Of a stretch of DNA of 64,000 nucleotides, positions 1-9,458 are shown in pieces. The stretch is from Acidiferrobacteraceae bacterium (lineage in GTDB: Bacteria > Pseudomonadota > Gammaproteobacteria > Acidiferrobacterales > JAJDNE01). The stretch covers positions 21,031 to 85,030 of the forward strand of contig JARRJV010000025.1 of the NCBI GenBank assembly GCA_037388825.1, given 5' to 3'. The notes beneath the pieces were generated by a model. The model worked only from the letters and a program-made list of their open reading frames with translations. It had not been told where the DNA came from and did no database searches. Positions within the stretch are counted from its first letter, which is position 1; each line of letters starts with the position of its first letter. The translations under genes and the position numbers were made by a program.

Positions 1-91
1 CAGTTGTTTCTTTCGCCAACTCCAGGGGGACCAGTGGGTCGAAGTGGAACCGGTCCTGAAATCCGAGGAAGAGATCTACGGGCGCAGCTGA
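1..91 (+). CDS. hisI: phosphoribosyl-AMP cyclohydrolase, 3' end (partial)
   Basis: Frame 2 reads ...SCFFRQLQGDQWVEVEPVLKSEEEIYGRS* and stops at TGA 89-91. The C-terminus is HisI-like and sits directly upstream of hisE. The fragment is short, so the call is tentative. Confidence 0.55.
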   Translation, partial: SCFFRQLQGDQWVEVEPVLKSEEEIYGRS

Positions 92-127
92 GGCCGGTCC
101 CCCGGCGGATCCATGTGGAACGAATGA

Positions 128-445
128 ATGTCTGATATTCTGAACAAACTGGCTGCCGTACTGGCCGAACGCAAACAGGCGGATCCGTCCTCCTCGTACG
201 TGGCGGGCTTGTATGCCCGCGGTCTGGACACCATCTTGAAGAAGATCGGCGAGGAAGCAACCGAGACCGTTATTGCGGCCAAGGGCGGAGACGCCGACCA
301 GATCGTGCACGAGACGGCGGATTTGTGGTTTCACACCCTGGTCATGCTGATCGAGCGCGGCATTGAACCGGAGCGTGTACTGGCGGAGCTGGAACGCCGT
401 TTCGGCGTTTCCGGGCTGGACGAAAAGGCGGCACGAAAGGGATAG
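128..445 (+). CDS. hisE: phosphoribosyl-ATP pyrophosphatase
   Basis: 105-aa ORF. It has HisE hallmarks ([10 protein letters not shown]...KKIGEEATE...[13 protein letters not shown]). Confidence 0.9.
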   Translation: MSDILNKLAAVLAERKQADPSSSYVAGLYARGLDTILKKIGEEATETVIAAKGGDADQIVHETADLWFHTLVMLIERGIEPERVLAELERRFGVSGLDEKAARKG

Positions 446-522
446 ATACGGATCCGTGCCGAACACGCGGGGACCCCTGAGGTCCAAACTACTGACACAG
501 ACTATTGCATCGGAGAACTACC

Positions 523-750
523 ATGGGACCAGGTTGGGTACAGCTACTGATCGTTCTTGGAATTGTGCTGCTGATCTTTGGCACAAAGAAGCTACGTAAC
601 ATCGGCGGCGACGTGGGCGGCGCGATCCGCAATTTCAAACAGTCGATGAAAGAGGGTGAGGCCGGCGAAGGCGAGGCCAAGCAGGTCGAGGAAAAATCGG
701 GACGCGTCATCGAAGGCGAGGCGAAGACCGAGGAGAAGGACAAGGTCTGA
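523..750 (+). CDS. tatA: twin-arginine translocase subunit TatA
   Basis: The internal ATG at 523 follows a GGAG (512-515). The product starts [39 protein letters not shown], the TatA/E TM plus amphipathic helix. The track start at 505 is a TTG extension. Confidence 0.9.
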   Translation: MGPGWVQLLIVLGIVLLIFGTKKLRNIGGDVGGAIRNFKQSMKEGEAGEGEAKQVEEKSGRVIEGEAKTEEKDKV

Positions 751-771
751 CGCGAAGGCTTCGGGCCACCC

Positions 772-1221
772 ATGTTTGACGTCGGCTTTTCTGAACTGAC
801 CCTAATCGGGCTATTGGCCCTGATCGTGCTGGGTCCCAAGCGATTGCCTGAAGCAGCCCGGACCGCCGGTCTGTGGGTCGGTCGACTGCGGGCGTTCATC
901 AGCAATGTGCGAGACGATCTCGATCGGGAACTCCAGGGCGGGGACCTCGAAGAGCTGCGCAAGCTGAAGCACGAACTGGATGAGACCCGGCGCATGGTCC
1001 GGCAGCAGTCATCGGAGACATTCAGTCAGTTGCAGGCCCTGGATGAGGCCATCACCGGCGACCATTCCATACTGCCTTCGGCCGAAACCCCGGCGCAAAA
1101 ACCGCGCGCGAAAACCCGCAAGAAGGCTGCGAAGAAATCGACCCGGAAGAAGAGTGCAACAAAGAAGACTACGCGCCCCGCGAAAAAGAAAGCGAAGCGT
1201 TCCATCACAAAAAAGAAATAG
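772..1221 (+). CDS. tatB: twin-arginine translocase subunit TatB, with Lys-rich C-terminal tail
   Basis: The N-terminus MFDVGFSELTLIGLLALIVLGPKRLPEAARTAGLWVGRLR is TatB-like. The gene lies between tatA and tatC. Confidence 0.9.
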   Translation: MFDVGFSELTLIGLLALIVLGPKRLPEAARTAGLWVGRLRAFISNVRDDLDRELQGGDLEELRKLKHELDETRRMVRQQSSETFSQLQALDEAITGDHSILPSAETPAQKPRAKTRKKAAKKSTRKKSATKKTTRPAKKKAKRSITKKK

Positions 1222-1237
1222 ATAACCCGGCAACTCC

Positions 1238-2182
1238 ATGAGCGGGACCGAATCCACCGACGACGATCTGCAGGAAGGGACGCTGATCTCCCATTTGCTG
1301 GAGCTGCGCAACCGGCTGCTGTATATCGCCATTGTGATCACCGTGGTGTTTATACCGGCGGCGATCTTCTCCAATCATCTCTATCAGTTCCTGGCGGCGC
1401 CCCTCCTGTCGGTGCTTTCGGCCAAGGGCGAACTCATCGTCACCAACCCGCTGCAGGCCTTCCTCACGCCGGTCAAGCTGGCCTTCTTTGTCTCGGTTCT
1501 GATCACGATCCCCTTTACCCTGTACCAGGTGTGGGCCTTTATCGCACCGGGACTGTACCGGCGCGAACGGGGTATGGTGCTGCCCTTGCTGGTGTCCAGC
1601 ACGGTCTTGTTCTACGCCGGCATGGCTTTCGCCTATTTCGTTGTCTTCCCGCTGGTGTTCCGTTTTCTCAGCGGGTTCACGCCCATGGGCGTGCAGTTCA
1701 CTCCGGACATCAAGGCCTACCAGGACTTTGTCTTCACGCTGTTTCTTGCCTTTGGCGCGGCCTTTGAGTTGCCGGTTGCCCTGGTGCTCCTCGCCCGGGC
1801 CGGTGTCGTGAATCCCGATACCCTGGCGAAAAAGCGACCGTACGTGATCTTGTGGATCTTCGTGGCAGCCATGCTGCTGACTCCGCCGGACGCTTTGTCA
1901 CAGACGTTCCTTGCCATTCCCATGATCATCCTGTTCGAGATCGGCCTGATCTTTGCGCGCAGGGTCTACCCCAAGGACGAGGAAGACGCGGAGTTGGATG
2001 ATGCTGCGATGGAAGCGGATATGGAGAAAGAGATCGAACGCGCGCGGGAAGTGGAGCGGAGGAGACAGGCCCGGTCCAAGAAGAAGACCGCGAAGAAGTC
2101 CCCGCGCAAGAAGAAGGTCTCCGGAAAAAAGAGTACGAAAAGGCCGGCCGGGCGAAGAAGCGGAACAAAAAAACCTGAATGA
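1238..2182 (+). CDS. tatC: twin-arginine translocase subunit TatC, with long Lys/Arg-rich C-terminal tail
   Basis: 314 aa. The product is polytopic with TatC motifs (LELRNRLL..., PGLY..ER, LTPPD). Confidence 0.92.
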   Translation: MSGTESTDDDLQEGTLISHLLELRNRLLYIAIVITVVFIPAAIFSNHLYQFLAAPLLSVLSAKGELIVTNPLQAFLTPVKLAFFVSVLITIPFTLYQVWAFIAPGLYRRERGMVLPLLVSSTVLFYAGMAFAYFVVFPLVFRFLSGFTPMGVQFTPDIKAYQDFVFTLFLAFGAAFELPVALVLLARAGVVNPDTLAKKRPYVILWIFVAAMLLTPPDALSQTFLAIPMIILFEIGLIFARRVYPKDEEDAELDDAAMEADMEKEIERAREVERRRQARSKKKTAKKSPRKKKVSGKKSTKRPAGRRSGTKKPE

Positions 2183-2197
2183 CCGTCTGAAGGGGTT

Positions 2198-4066
2198 ATG
2201 AAACGGTCTTTCCTCATTTCCCTCCTGGTTGCGCTCCTGATACCCGCAGCGGTCGCAAGCCCAAAGCCGGCAGCCAAGCTCGAAAACCGGCTTGCGCACA
2301 ATCCTTCTCCCTATCTGGCTATGCATGCCGGGGATCCTGTGGCATGGCAAATCTGGGACCGCAAGGCTGTCGCCGCGGCGCGGGCACAAAACAAGCTCCT
2401 GTATGTCTCCATTGGCTACTTTTCCTGTCACTGGTGTCATGTCATGCAACGGGAGAGCTACCGCAATCCGGAGATCGCCCGTTTCCTGAACACCCATTTC
2501 ATCCCGGTGAAGGTCGATCGCGAGCTGGAACCGGCCCTGGACGCCCGTATGGTAGCCTTTGCCGAGCGGACCCAGGGTTCCAGCGGCTGGCCGCTGAACG
2601 TATTTCTGACTCCCGATGGCTACCCCTTGTATGCCGTTCTTTACCTGCCACCGAAGAATTTCCTTGCCGTACTGCAGCGTCTTCAGGGACTTTGGGGCCA
2701 GGACCCGAAGGCCATGGCCAAGCTGGCGCGCCAGGCCCAGCCGGGTGGCACGGGTCCGGGCAAGCCGGAACTGGACGCGGGCCAGGTTCGCCATTGGGTA
2801 GCCGCGGTAGTCGGACAGGCACGGGAGATCGAGGATCCGCTGAGCGGCGGTTTCGGCAAGCAATCCAAGTTTCCTTCGGTACCGCAACTGGATTTCCTGA
2901 TGGCCTTCCTGGCCAGCCATCCGGATCCAAAGTTGGAGGAATTCCTCAAGCTCACCCTGGACCAGATGGGACAACAGGGCCTGTACGACCATATCGGCGG
3001 CGGCTTCTTTCGCTACACCATCGATCCGACCTGGCAACGGCCGCACTTTGAGAAGATGTTGTACGATAACGCCCTGTTGGCGCGACTGTACTCACGTGCA
3101 GCACGACAGTTTCACAGTCCCCGATATTCCCGGCTCGCGCGATCCACCTTCGCATTTATGGAGAACGCCCTGGAGCGACAGAGCGGAGGCATGATTGCGG
3201 CGCTTTCGGCCCTGGACGACCACAATGTCGAAGGCGGGTATTACCTTTGGTCCCTGGGGGACCTGAGGAAGATCCTGTCGCCGGAGGAACTACACGTGTA
3301 TCGGAGTGCGCGGGGCATGACGGACGCACCGCCCTTCGACGAGGGTTATCTTCCCTTGGGCATCGTTCCGTCCGTTGGCGCCAAGGCCAGGGAACTCGGG
3401 CTGAAAACGGGCCAACTCAGGCGACTGGTCGACGAGGCTGACGCAAAGCTCCTGGCGGCCCGCCAGCGTCGCAACGTTCCCCCGGATCCGAAGCAACTTG
3501 CCGGTTGGAACGGGCTGGCACTATCTGCCTTTGCGGATTCGGCGCGCCATGACGGTGACCCTCACTATCGAGTGGTCGCCGGCCGATTACGCAATTTCCT
3601 TGTTACCCGGCTGTGGAACGGCCAGAAGCTGTATCGGGCCGTGTCCCGTGGGCACGGGATCGGTCAAGCCAGCCTGGAAGACTATGCCTATGTGGTCCGC
3701 GGTCTTGCCGATTGGGCACTGCTTACCGGAAAGCAGGAGGATGCCCGGTTCGCGATACGGATCGCCAATCGGGCATGGACGGATTTCTACGGCCCCCATG
3801 GTTGGCGCCTCGGGGAAAGCAGTCTGATCGCACCGGAAACCGGTCGGGATGCAATCGAAGATGGACCCATGCCGTCGCCTTCGGCGACCCTGATGGCCGC
3901 CTGTCTGGATCTTGCGCGCATACGCGGGGATGCGGCCCTTCGTCGGCGGGTACTGGCAGCGCTGAACAGTGGCACTGATCTCGTGCAGCAGAATCCGTTC
4001 TGGTATGCGACCCGTGTGCGCGTGATGCAGGAGGCCTTGCGGTCGGGTGATCGTGCCGGATCCTAG
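2198..4066 (+). CDS. secreted thioredoxin-domain protein (DUF255 / YyaL-like, N-terminal Trx fold plus alpha/alpha-toroid)
   Basis: 622 aa. Signal peptide MKRSFLISLLVALLIPAAVA. The DUF255 signature ...YVSIGYFSCHWCHVMQRESY... is present. Confidence 0.8.
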   Translation: MKRSFLISLLVALLIPAAVASPKPAAKLENRLAHNPSPYLAMHAGDPVAWQIWDRKAVAAARAQNKLLYVSIGYFSCHWCHVMQRESYRNPEIARFLNTHFIPVKVDRELEPALDARMVAFAERTQGSSGWPLNVFLTPDGYPLYAVLYLPPKNFLAVLQRLQGLWGQDPKAMAKLARQAQPGGTGPGKPELDAGQVRHWVAAVVGQAREIEDPLSGGFGKQSKFPSVPQLDFLMAFLASHPDPKLEEFLKLTLDQMGQQGLYDHIGGGFFRYTIDPTWQRPHFEKMLYDNALLARLYSRAARQFHSPRYSRLARSTFAFMENALERQSGGMIAALSALDDHNVEGGYYLWSLGDLRKILSPEELHVYRSARGMTDAPPFDEGYLPLGIVPSVGAKARELGLKTGQLRRLVDEADAKLLAARQRRNVPPDPKQLAGWNGLALSAFADSARHDGDPHYRVVAGRLRNFLVTRLWNGQKLYRAVSRGHGIGQASLEDYAYVVRGLADWALLTGKQEDARFAIRIANRAWTDFYGPHGWRLGESSLIAPETGRDAIEDGPMPSPSATLMAACLDLARIRGDAALRRRVLAALNSGTDLVQQNPFWYATRVRVMQEALRSGDRAGS

Positions 4067-5229
4067 CTGTCCGTCGGTGGATGCGGCGGGCGATCCGCCG
4101 CCGTCGCAGTAATGGTCTGCTTCTTGTTGTCGCGCAAAATGGTGAGCCGGACCGCCTCGCCGGGTCTGTGACGAGAGATTGCTGTCTGCGCGTCCCGCCC
4201 GTCGTGGATCGGCTTGCCGTCAATTTCGATGATGACGTCACCCGGCTCAACACCGGCCTTGTGCGCCGGGCCATTGCGCAGGACTCCGATGACCACCACG
4301 CCCTGGGGTTTGTCCAGATTCATGGCCTTGGCAAGACTCGGGGTGACGACATGGGCCTCGATGCCCAGCCAACCGCGGCGCGCGTGACCGTATTCCAGAA
4401 TATCCGACAACACGCCCTTGGCCAGGTTGGACGGGATTGCGAAACCAATCCCCTGGGAGCCGCCGGATCGGGAAAATATTGCTGTATTGATGCCAATGAG
4501 ATTTCCGTAGGCGTCCACCAGGGCGCCACCCGAGTTTCCGGGATTGATGGCGGCATCGGTCTGGATGAAGTTCTCGACGGCATTGATGCCCAGTTTGTTG
4601 CGCCCGGTCGCGCTGACTATGCCCATGGTGACGGTCTGGCCGACGCCGAAGGGATTGCCGATGGCCAGGGTGACATCTCCCACGCGCAACTTGCTGGAAT
4701 CGCCGAGGGTTATGGTGGGCAGGTTCGTCAGGCCCACCTTGAGGACCGCGAGATCGGAATCCGGATCGCTGCCGATCACCTTGGCGCTGGAAGAACGGCC
4801 ATCGCGCAGCGATACCTGGATGGCATCGGCATTCTGGATGACGTGATTGTTGGTGAGGATGTAACCGTTCTTGCTGACGATTACCCCGGAACCCAGACTA
4901 CGTTCCACCCGCTTCTGTGGCCGGATCAGGTCGTCCGGGTTGCCAAAGAACTGGCGAAAGACTGGATCGTCGAAAAAGGGGTGGGGTTTGACCGTCACTA
5001 CCTTGGCGGTATTGACGTTGACCACGGCGGGCGCCGCGTGTGCCACCGCATCCGCATAGGACACCGGGCCCATGGTTCGCGACGACGTGGGGGTGCTCTG
5101 CTCGATCTCTACCGTTGTCGGGCGGCTGCGGGACAACAGGCCGGGTGCAACGACGGTGATCACGAAGGCCAAGGCCAGGCCGGCAACGATGGCCTGCAGG
5201 ACGAATTTCACGCGGCGGGATAGGGCCAT
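4063..5229 (-). CDS. degS: S1C serine endoprotease, AlgW/DegS type (one PDZ domain)
   Basis: 388 aa. N-terminal TM anchor, catalytic-site block TDAAINPGNSGGALV, and a single C-terminal PDZ domain. The match to the AlgW layout is close. Confidence 0.88.
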   Translation of the reverse strand: MALSRRVKFVLQAIVAGLALAFVITVVAPGLLSRSRPTTVEIEQSTPTSSRTMGPVSYADAVAHAAPAVVNVNTAKVVTVKPHPFFDDPVFRQFFGNPDDLIRPQKRVERSLGSGVIVSKNGYILTNNHVIQNADAIQVSLRDGRSSSAKVIGSDPDSDLAVLKVGLTNLPTITLGDSSKLRVGDVTLAIGNPFGVGQTVTMGIVSATGRNKLGINAVENFIQTDAAINPGNSGGALVDAYGNLIGINTAIFSRSGGSQGIGFAIPSNLAKGVLSDILEYGHARRGWLGIEAHVVTPSLAKAMNLDKPQGVVVIGVLRNGPAHKAGVEPGDVIIEIDGKPIHDGRDAQTAISRHRPGEAVRLTILRDNKKQTITATAADRPPHPPTDS

Positions 5230-5367
5230 GAATCGGGGTTCCCTGCTGAGATGATGTAGGGGTCCGCATTGTACACTAGCGCCACATTTTGCAGGTGCAC
5301 GCTGTGCGCATTTTTGCCACGTAAAGGCAGCGTTATGATCCGATTTTCGCCAAAATCCGCGTTTCCC

Positions 5368-5393
5368 TTGACTGAAAAGAGGCGTTGTATAAT
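5368..5393 (+). promoter_or_regulatory. candidate sigma70 promoter for petABC (TTGACT ... extended -10 TGTATAAT)
   Basis: TTGACT lies at 5368-5373 and TGnTATAAT ends at 5393. The spacer is only 14 nt, so the call relies on the extended -10. Confidence 0.35.
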
Positions 5394-5514
5394 CCTATGC
5401 GCCGCCCGAGGGCGCAGAAGTACTTAATAATGTTCTTAACTTCCTGATCGAGCGAATATTTTTGAATCTCCGGGTGTCCATTCCGATCGGCCCGCATCCT
5501 GATTTGGGGGATAA

Positions 5515-6117
5515 ATGAGTAACGATGGCGTTGACCGTAACCGGCGCCGGCTGCTGACGATCACCACCGGCCTGGGCGCTGTGGGTGTAGTCGGTGCAGC
5601 CGTGCCTTTCGTAATGAGTATGGAACCCAGTGCCCGGGCACGCGCCGCGGGCGCACCGGTGGAGGTTCCGATCGGCAAGATCGAGCCGGGACAGATGATT
5701 ACCGTCCAGTGGCGTGGCAAACCGGTATGGGTCCTGCGCCGCACCAAGAAGATGCTGGACGAAATCAAGAAGGATGAATCCCTGCTGGTGGATCCGTTTT
5801 CGAAAGTAAAGACCCAGCAGCCCCCCTACGTGGGTCCCGAAACCCGGTCCATCAAACCCGAATACCTGGTATTGGTGGGGATCTGCACTCACCTCGGTTG
5901 TTCGCCGAAACCAAAGCTCCAGATCGGTGCCGCTTCCGGTATGGGTCCGAACTGGCCGGGCGGTTTCTTCTGCCCCTGTCACGGGTCCAAGTTCGACCTC
6001 TCGGGCCGAGTATTCAAGAACGTCCCGGCGCCGACGAACCTGGTGGTTCCGCCGTACAAGTATCTGAGCGACACCCGCATCATCATCGGTGTCGATGAAA
6101 AGAAAGGAGCGGCGTGA
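5515..6117 (+). CDS. petA: ubiquinol-cytochrome c reductase Rieske iron-sulfur subunit
   Basis: 200 aa. Tat signal (RRRLL) and Rieske boxes CTHLGC and CPCHGS. Confidence 0.92.
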   Translation: MSNDGVDRNRRRLLTITTGLGAVGVVGAAVPFVMSMEPSARARAAGAPVEVPIGKIEPGQMITVQWRGKPVWVLRRTKKMLDEIKKDESLLVDPFSKVKTQQPPYVGPETRSIKPEYLVLVGICTHLGCSPKPKLQIGAASGMGPNWPGGFFCPCHGSKFDLSGRVFKNVPAPTNLVVPPYKYLSDTRIIIGVDEKKGAA

Positions 6118-7508
6118 TGCAAAAGCTGATTTCCTGGATTGACGATCGTTTCCCTCTCATCGAGACGTGGGAATATCATCTTTCGAAGTACTACGCCCCG
6201 AAGAACTTCAACGTCTGGTACTACTTCGGCTCCCTGGCAGTCGTGGTGCTGGTGATTCAGATTGTCACCGGCATCTTTCTGACCATGCACTACAAGCCGG
6301 ATACGCATTTGGCCTTCGCATCGGTCGAGTACATCATGCGCGACGTCGACTACGGGCGCGACGTCGACTACGGCTGGCTGATCCGCTACATGCATTCCAC
6401 CGGTGCATCGTTCTTCTTTATTACGGTCTATCTGCACATGTTCCGCGGCCTGATGTACGGTTCCTATCGCGGCCCGCGTGAACTGCTGTGGATCATCGGT
6501 GTGGTGATCTTCATCGCCCTGATGGCCGAGGCCTTCATGGGCTATCTGCTGCCCTGGGGCAATATGTCCTACTGGGGCGCGCAGGTGATCATTTCCCTGT
6601 TCGATGCCATCCCGTATGTCGGCCATGGTCTGTCGGAGTGGATTCGCGGTGACTTCGTGGTTTCCGACGCGACCCTGAACCGCTTCTTCGCCTTCCACGT
6701 GATCGCGGTTCCCCTGGTTCTGATCGTGCTGGTATTCCTGCACCTGGTGGCCCTGCATGCCGTCGGCTCCAACAACCCCGACGGGATCGAGATCAAGAAG
6801 AACAAGGGCGAGGATGGTATTCCGCTGGACGGGATTCCGTTCCACCCGTACTACACGGTCGGCAAGGACCTGTTCGGTGTGGTGGTGTTCCTGATGATCT
6901 ATTCCGCCGTGGTATTCCTGGGACCGGAACTGGGCGGTATCTTTCTGGAGCATGACAACTTCGTTCCGGCAAACATCCTGCAGACCCCGCCGGAGATCAA
7001 ACCGCTGTGGTATTTCACGCCGTTCTACTCGATTTTGCGTGCGACCACTTCGGATCTGAAGCCGATTCTCGGCGCGTTCTTTGGCGTGGTTGGTGCCATA
7101 TCTGCCTATTATTCGAGGGGCAAGATACTTCGGGTTGGTGTGATTGGCGCGATCGTTGCGGTTCTCATCCTCGGTCTGTACGTGCTGGAGGCCAAGGTGT
7201 GGGGCGTGATCCTGATGGGTAGCTCCCTGGTGGTGCTGTTCTTCCTACCGTGGCTGGACCAGTCGCCGGTCAAATCTGTCCGCTACCGCGGGTGGATCTA
7301 CAAGCTGGCGCTGACGGTGTTCGTGATTGCCTTCATCATTCTCGGATATCTCGGCATGAAGACCCCGGCAGGGGTGGACCTGATCTGGTTCCAGAACAAG
7401 ACCTGGGCACAGGTGTTTACGATCATCTATTTCTCGTTTTTCTTCCTGATGCCGTTCTATACCCGATGGGACAAAACCAAGCCGGTACCGGAGAGGGTGA
7501 CCAAATGA
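6114..7508 (+). CDS. petB: cytochrome b of the bc1 complex
   Basis: 464 aa. Cytochrome b motifs are present (WLIRYMHSTGASFFF, PWGNMSYWGAQVI, PEIKPLWYFTPFY). The start overlaps the petA stop. Confidence 0.92.
   Translation: MMQKLISWIDDRFPLIETWEYHLSKYYAPKNFNVWYYFGSLAVVVLVIQIVTGIFLTMHYKPDTHLAFASVEYIMRDVDYGRDVDYGWLIRYMHSTGASFFFITVYLHMFRGLMYGSYRGPRELLWIIGVVIFIALMAEAFMGYLLPWGNMSYWGAQVIISLFDAIPYVGHGLSEWIRGDFVVSDATLNRFFAFHVIAVPLVLIVLVFLHLVALHAVGSNNPDGIEIKKNKGEDGIPLDGIPFHPYYTVGKDLFGVVVFLMIYSAVVFLGPELGGIFLEHDNFVPANILQTPPEIKPLWYFTPFYSILRATTSDLKPILGAFFGVVGAISAYYSRGKILRVGVIGAIVAVLILGLYVLEAKVWGVILMGSSLVVLFFLPWLDQSPVKSVRYRGWIYKLALTVFVIAFIILGYLGMKTPAGVDLIWFQNKTWAQVFTIIYFSFFFLMPFYTRWDKTKPVPERVTK
6339..6374 (+). 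repeat. in-frame 18-bp tandem duplication inside petB (RDVDYG x2)
   Basis: cgcgacgtcgactacggg (6339-6356) is followed immediately by cgcgacgtcgactacggc (6357-6374). Confidence 0.9.
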
Positions 7509-8257
7509 AGAAAGTACTGATAACAGTCATGTTGGCACTTTTGCCGGCGGTTAGCTTCGCAGCGGCGGAGAAATCCTGCGGTGAAATCGACTGCGATCAC
7601 GTTCAGGTGGACCTGGGCGATCGTGAATCGCTGCAGCGCGGCGCGCGTCTTTTCGTCAACTACTGCCTGTCGTGCCACAGCGCCAGCTACATGCGCTACA
7701 ACCGCATGGCCAAGGATCTGGGGATCGGCGACAAGATGGTCGAAAAATACATGGGCTTCATCACCGACAAGGAAGGCAAGTTCAAGGTTGGTGAGCTCAT
7801 GAAGGCCAATATGACCCCGGAAGTGGCCAAGGCCACGTTCAACACGGTTCCGCCGGACCTGAGCGATGTCGCCCGGTCCCGGGGTCCGGACTGGATTTAC
7901 ACCTACATGCGCAGCTTCTACAGCGACACTACCCCGAGCGGATGGAACAACTTGGTGTTTCCCCACGTCGCCATGCCCAATGTGTTATATGGCCTGCAGG
8001 GCGTACAGCGCGCTGTGTTCGAAACCAAGAAAGACGGTGAGCGGGAGTTCTTGCGGATTGAAACCGAGAAGCCGGGCAGCATGTCGGAGAAGCAATACGA
8101 TGCCGCCATGCGCGACCTGACCAATTTCATGGTCTACCTGGGGGAGCCGGCGAAGCTGGTACGCTATCGCCTGGGCGTATTCGTGCTGCTGTTCCTTGCC
8201 GTCCTGTTGCTGTTTTCCTGGATGCTCAAGAAGGATTACTGGAAAGACATCCACTAG
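7505..8257 (+). CDS. petC: cytochrome c1
   Basis: The ATG at 7505 overlaps the petB stop (ATGA). Signal peptide MKKVLITVMLALLPAVSFAA, heme motif CLSCHS, and a C-terminal TM anchor. The track ORF 7250.. is an upstream extension. Confidence 0.9.
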   Translation: MKKVLITVMLALLPAVSFAAAEKSCGEIDCDHVQVDLGDRESLQRGARLFVNYCLSCHSASYMRYNRMAKDLGIGDKMVEKYMGFITDKEGKFKVGELMKANMTPEVAKATFNTVPPDLSDVARSRGPDWIYTYMRSFYSDTTPSGWNNLVFPHVAMPNVLYGLQGVQRAVFETKKDGEREFLRIETEKPGSMSEKQYDAAMRDLTNFMVYLGEPAKLVRYRLGVFVLLFLAVLLLFSWMLKKDYWKDIH

Positions 8258-8272
8258 TCTGTATGGTATGTA

Positions 8273-8309
8273 GGCGCATGGGCCAATCCCTGGCCCATGC
8301 GCCTGTTTC
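8273..8309 (+). terminator. hairpin terminator after petC
   Basis: Perfect 13-bp stem ggcgcatgggcca / tggcccatgcgcc with a 5-nt loop, followed by tgtttc. The U-tract is weak. Confidence 0.6.
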
Positions 8310-8333
8310 ATGAAGCACTAGGAGAAAGGTCCG

Positions 8334-8960
8334 ATGGCATCGCCCGCAAATCGCAAACCGGTAATGACCCTCTATTCGGGTACTACGGATCCATTCAGTC
8401 ATCGAACCCGGATTGTGCTGTTCGAAAAGGATGTCGAGTGCCACATCGAATTCATCGATCCGAACAACAAGCCGCGTGAGTTGGCGGAGTTGAATCCGTA
8501 CAATCAGGTGCCGGTTATGGTGGATCGTGATCTCGTACTCTACGAGTCGCTGATCATCAACGAATATCTCGACGAGCGTCTTCCGCACCCGCCACTGATG
8601 CCTGTGGACCCGGTCAATCGGGCCAAGGCGCGCCTGATGCTGTTTCGGTTTGACCGCGACTGGTACAGCCTTTTCCCCGTGATCGAGGGAAGCGACAAGA
8701 AGGCGGCGACCAAGGCGCGCAACATCATTCGTGACGGGCTGACGGTTATCTCTCCGGTATTCAAGCACCAGGAATTCTTCCTCGGGGACGAACTATCCCT
8801 GGTGGACTGTTCCCTGGCCCCCGTTCTGTGGCGCCTGCAGCACTTCAATATCATTCTCCCGCGCCAGGCCAAGCCCATCCTCGACTACGGGGAGCGCCTG
8901 TTTGCCCGCAAATCGTTCCAACTGAGCCTGACCGAGCTGGAGCGTGAGATGGTCAAGTGA
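8334..8960 (+). CDS. sspA: stringent starvation protein A (GST-like)
   Basis: 208 aa. MTLYSG..DPFSHRTRIVLFEKDV... fits the SspA family. sspB follows. Confidence 0.92.
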   Translation: MASPANRKPVMTLYSGTTDPFSHRTRIVLFEKDVECHIEFIDPNNKPRELAELNPYNQVPVMVDRDLVLYESLIINEYLDERLPHPPLMPVDPVNRAKARLMLFRFDRDWYSLFPVIEGSDKKAATKARNIIRDGLTVISPVFKHQEFFLGDELSLVDCSLAPVLWRLQHFNIILPRQAKPILDYGERLFARKSFQLSLTELEREMVK

Positions 8961-8991
8961 GTCCTGGACGGGAAGCCGCGGGAGAGTCGGT

Positions 8992-9369
8992 ATGAAGACC
9001 CTGAAGGCTTCCCTGCTGGATGCCGTCTACGGCTGGGCCCTGGACAATCAATTCACCCCCTACCTGGTCGCGGTGGCTGACTACCCGGGCATCGAGGTCC
9101 CGGAGTCCGCGGTCGACCAGGGCACCGTGGTTCTCAACATTCATCCCCGCGCCGTCCGCGATTTCGTTCTCGACGACGATTTCGTCACATTCAGCGCCCG
9201 CTTTTCCGGTCAGGCTCGAACGGTTTCCGTCCCGGTTGCCGCCGTGACCGCCCTCTATGCCCAGGAGAATGGCGAGGGCGTTTCGTTTGCCTTGCCGGAA
9301 CCACCCGCCGATCCCACGGGCACCCGGCCCGCTGCAGGTGATCGGCCGGCACTGAAGATCGTCAAATAA
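8992..9369 (+). CDS. sspB: ClpXP adaptor / stringent starvation protein B
   Basis: Taken from the internal ATG at 8992. LDAVYGWALDNQFTPYLVA...VVLNIHPRAV...FSARFSG..RTVSVPVAAVTALYAQENG matches the SspB core. Confidence 0.88.
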   Translation: MKTLKASLLDAVYGWALDNQFTPYLVAVADYPGIEVPESAVDQGTVVLNIHPRAVRDFVLDDDFVTFSARFSGQARTVSVPVAAVTALYAQENGEGVSFALPEPPADPTGTRPAAGDRPALKIVK

Positions 9370-9458
9370 CCCCACTTCGCCCGTCGCGGTCAACCCGCGC
9401 GGTCTCCATATGTTATTGCAGTCACACACATGCCAGCGGTTCTGGCTGCTAGACTACT

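Noticed and set aside
5396-5420. Short hairpin (tgcgcc-gcccgag-ggcgca) in the petA leader as a riboswitch or attenuator.
   Set aside because: The stem is only 6 bp, with no U-tract and no recognisable riboswitch core. It is probably an incidental GC-rich palindrome.
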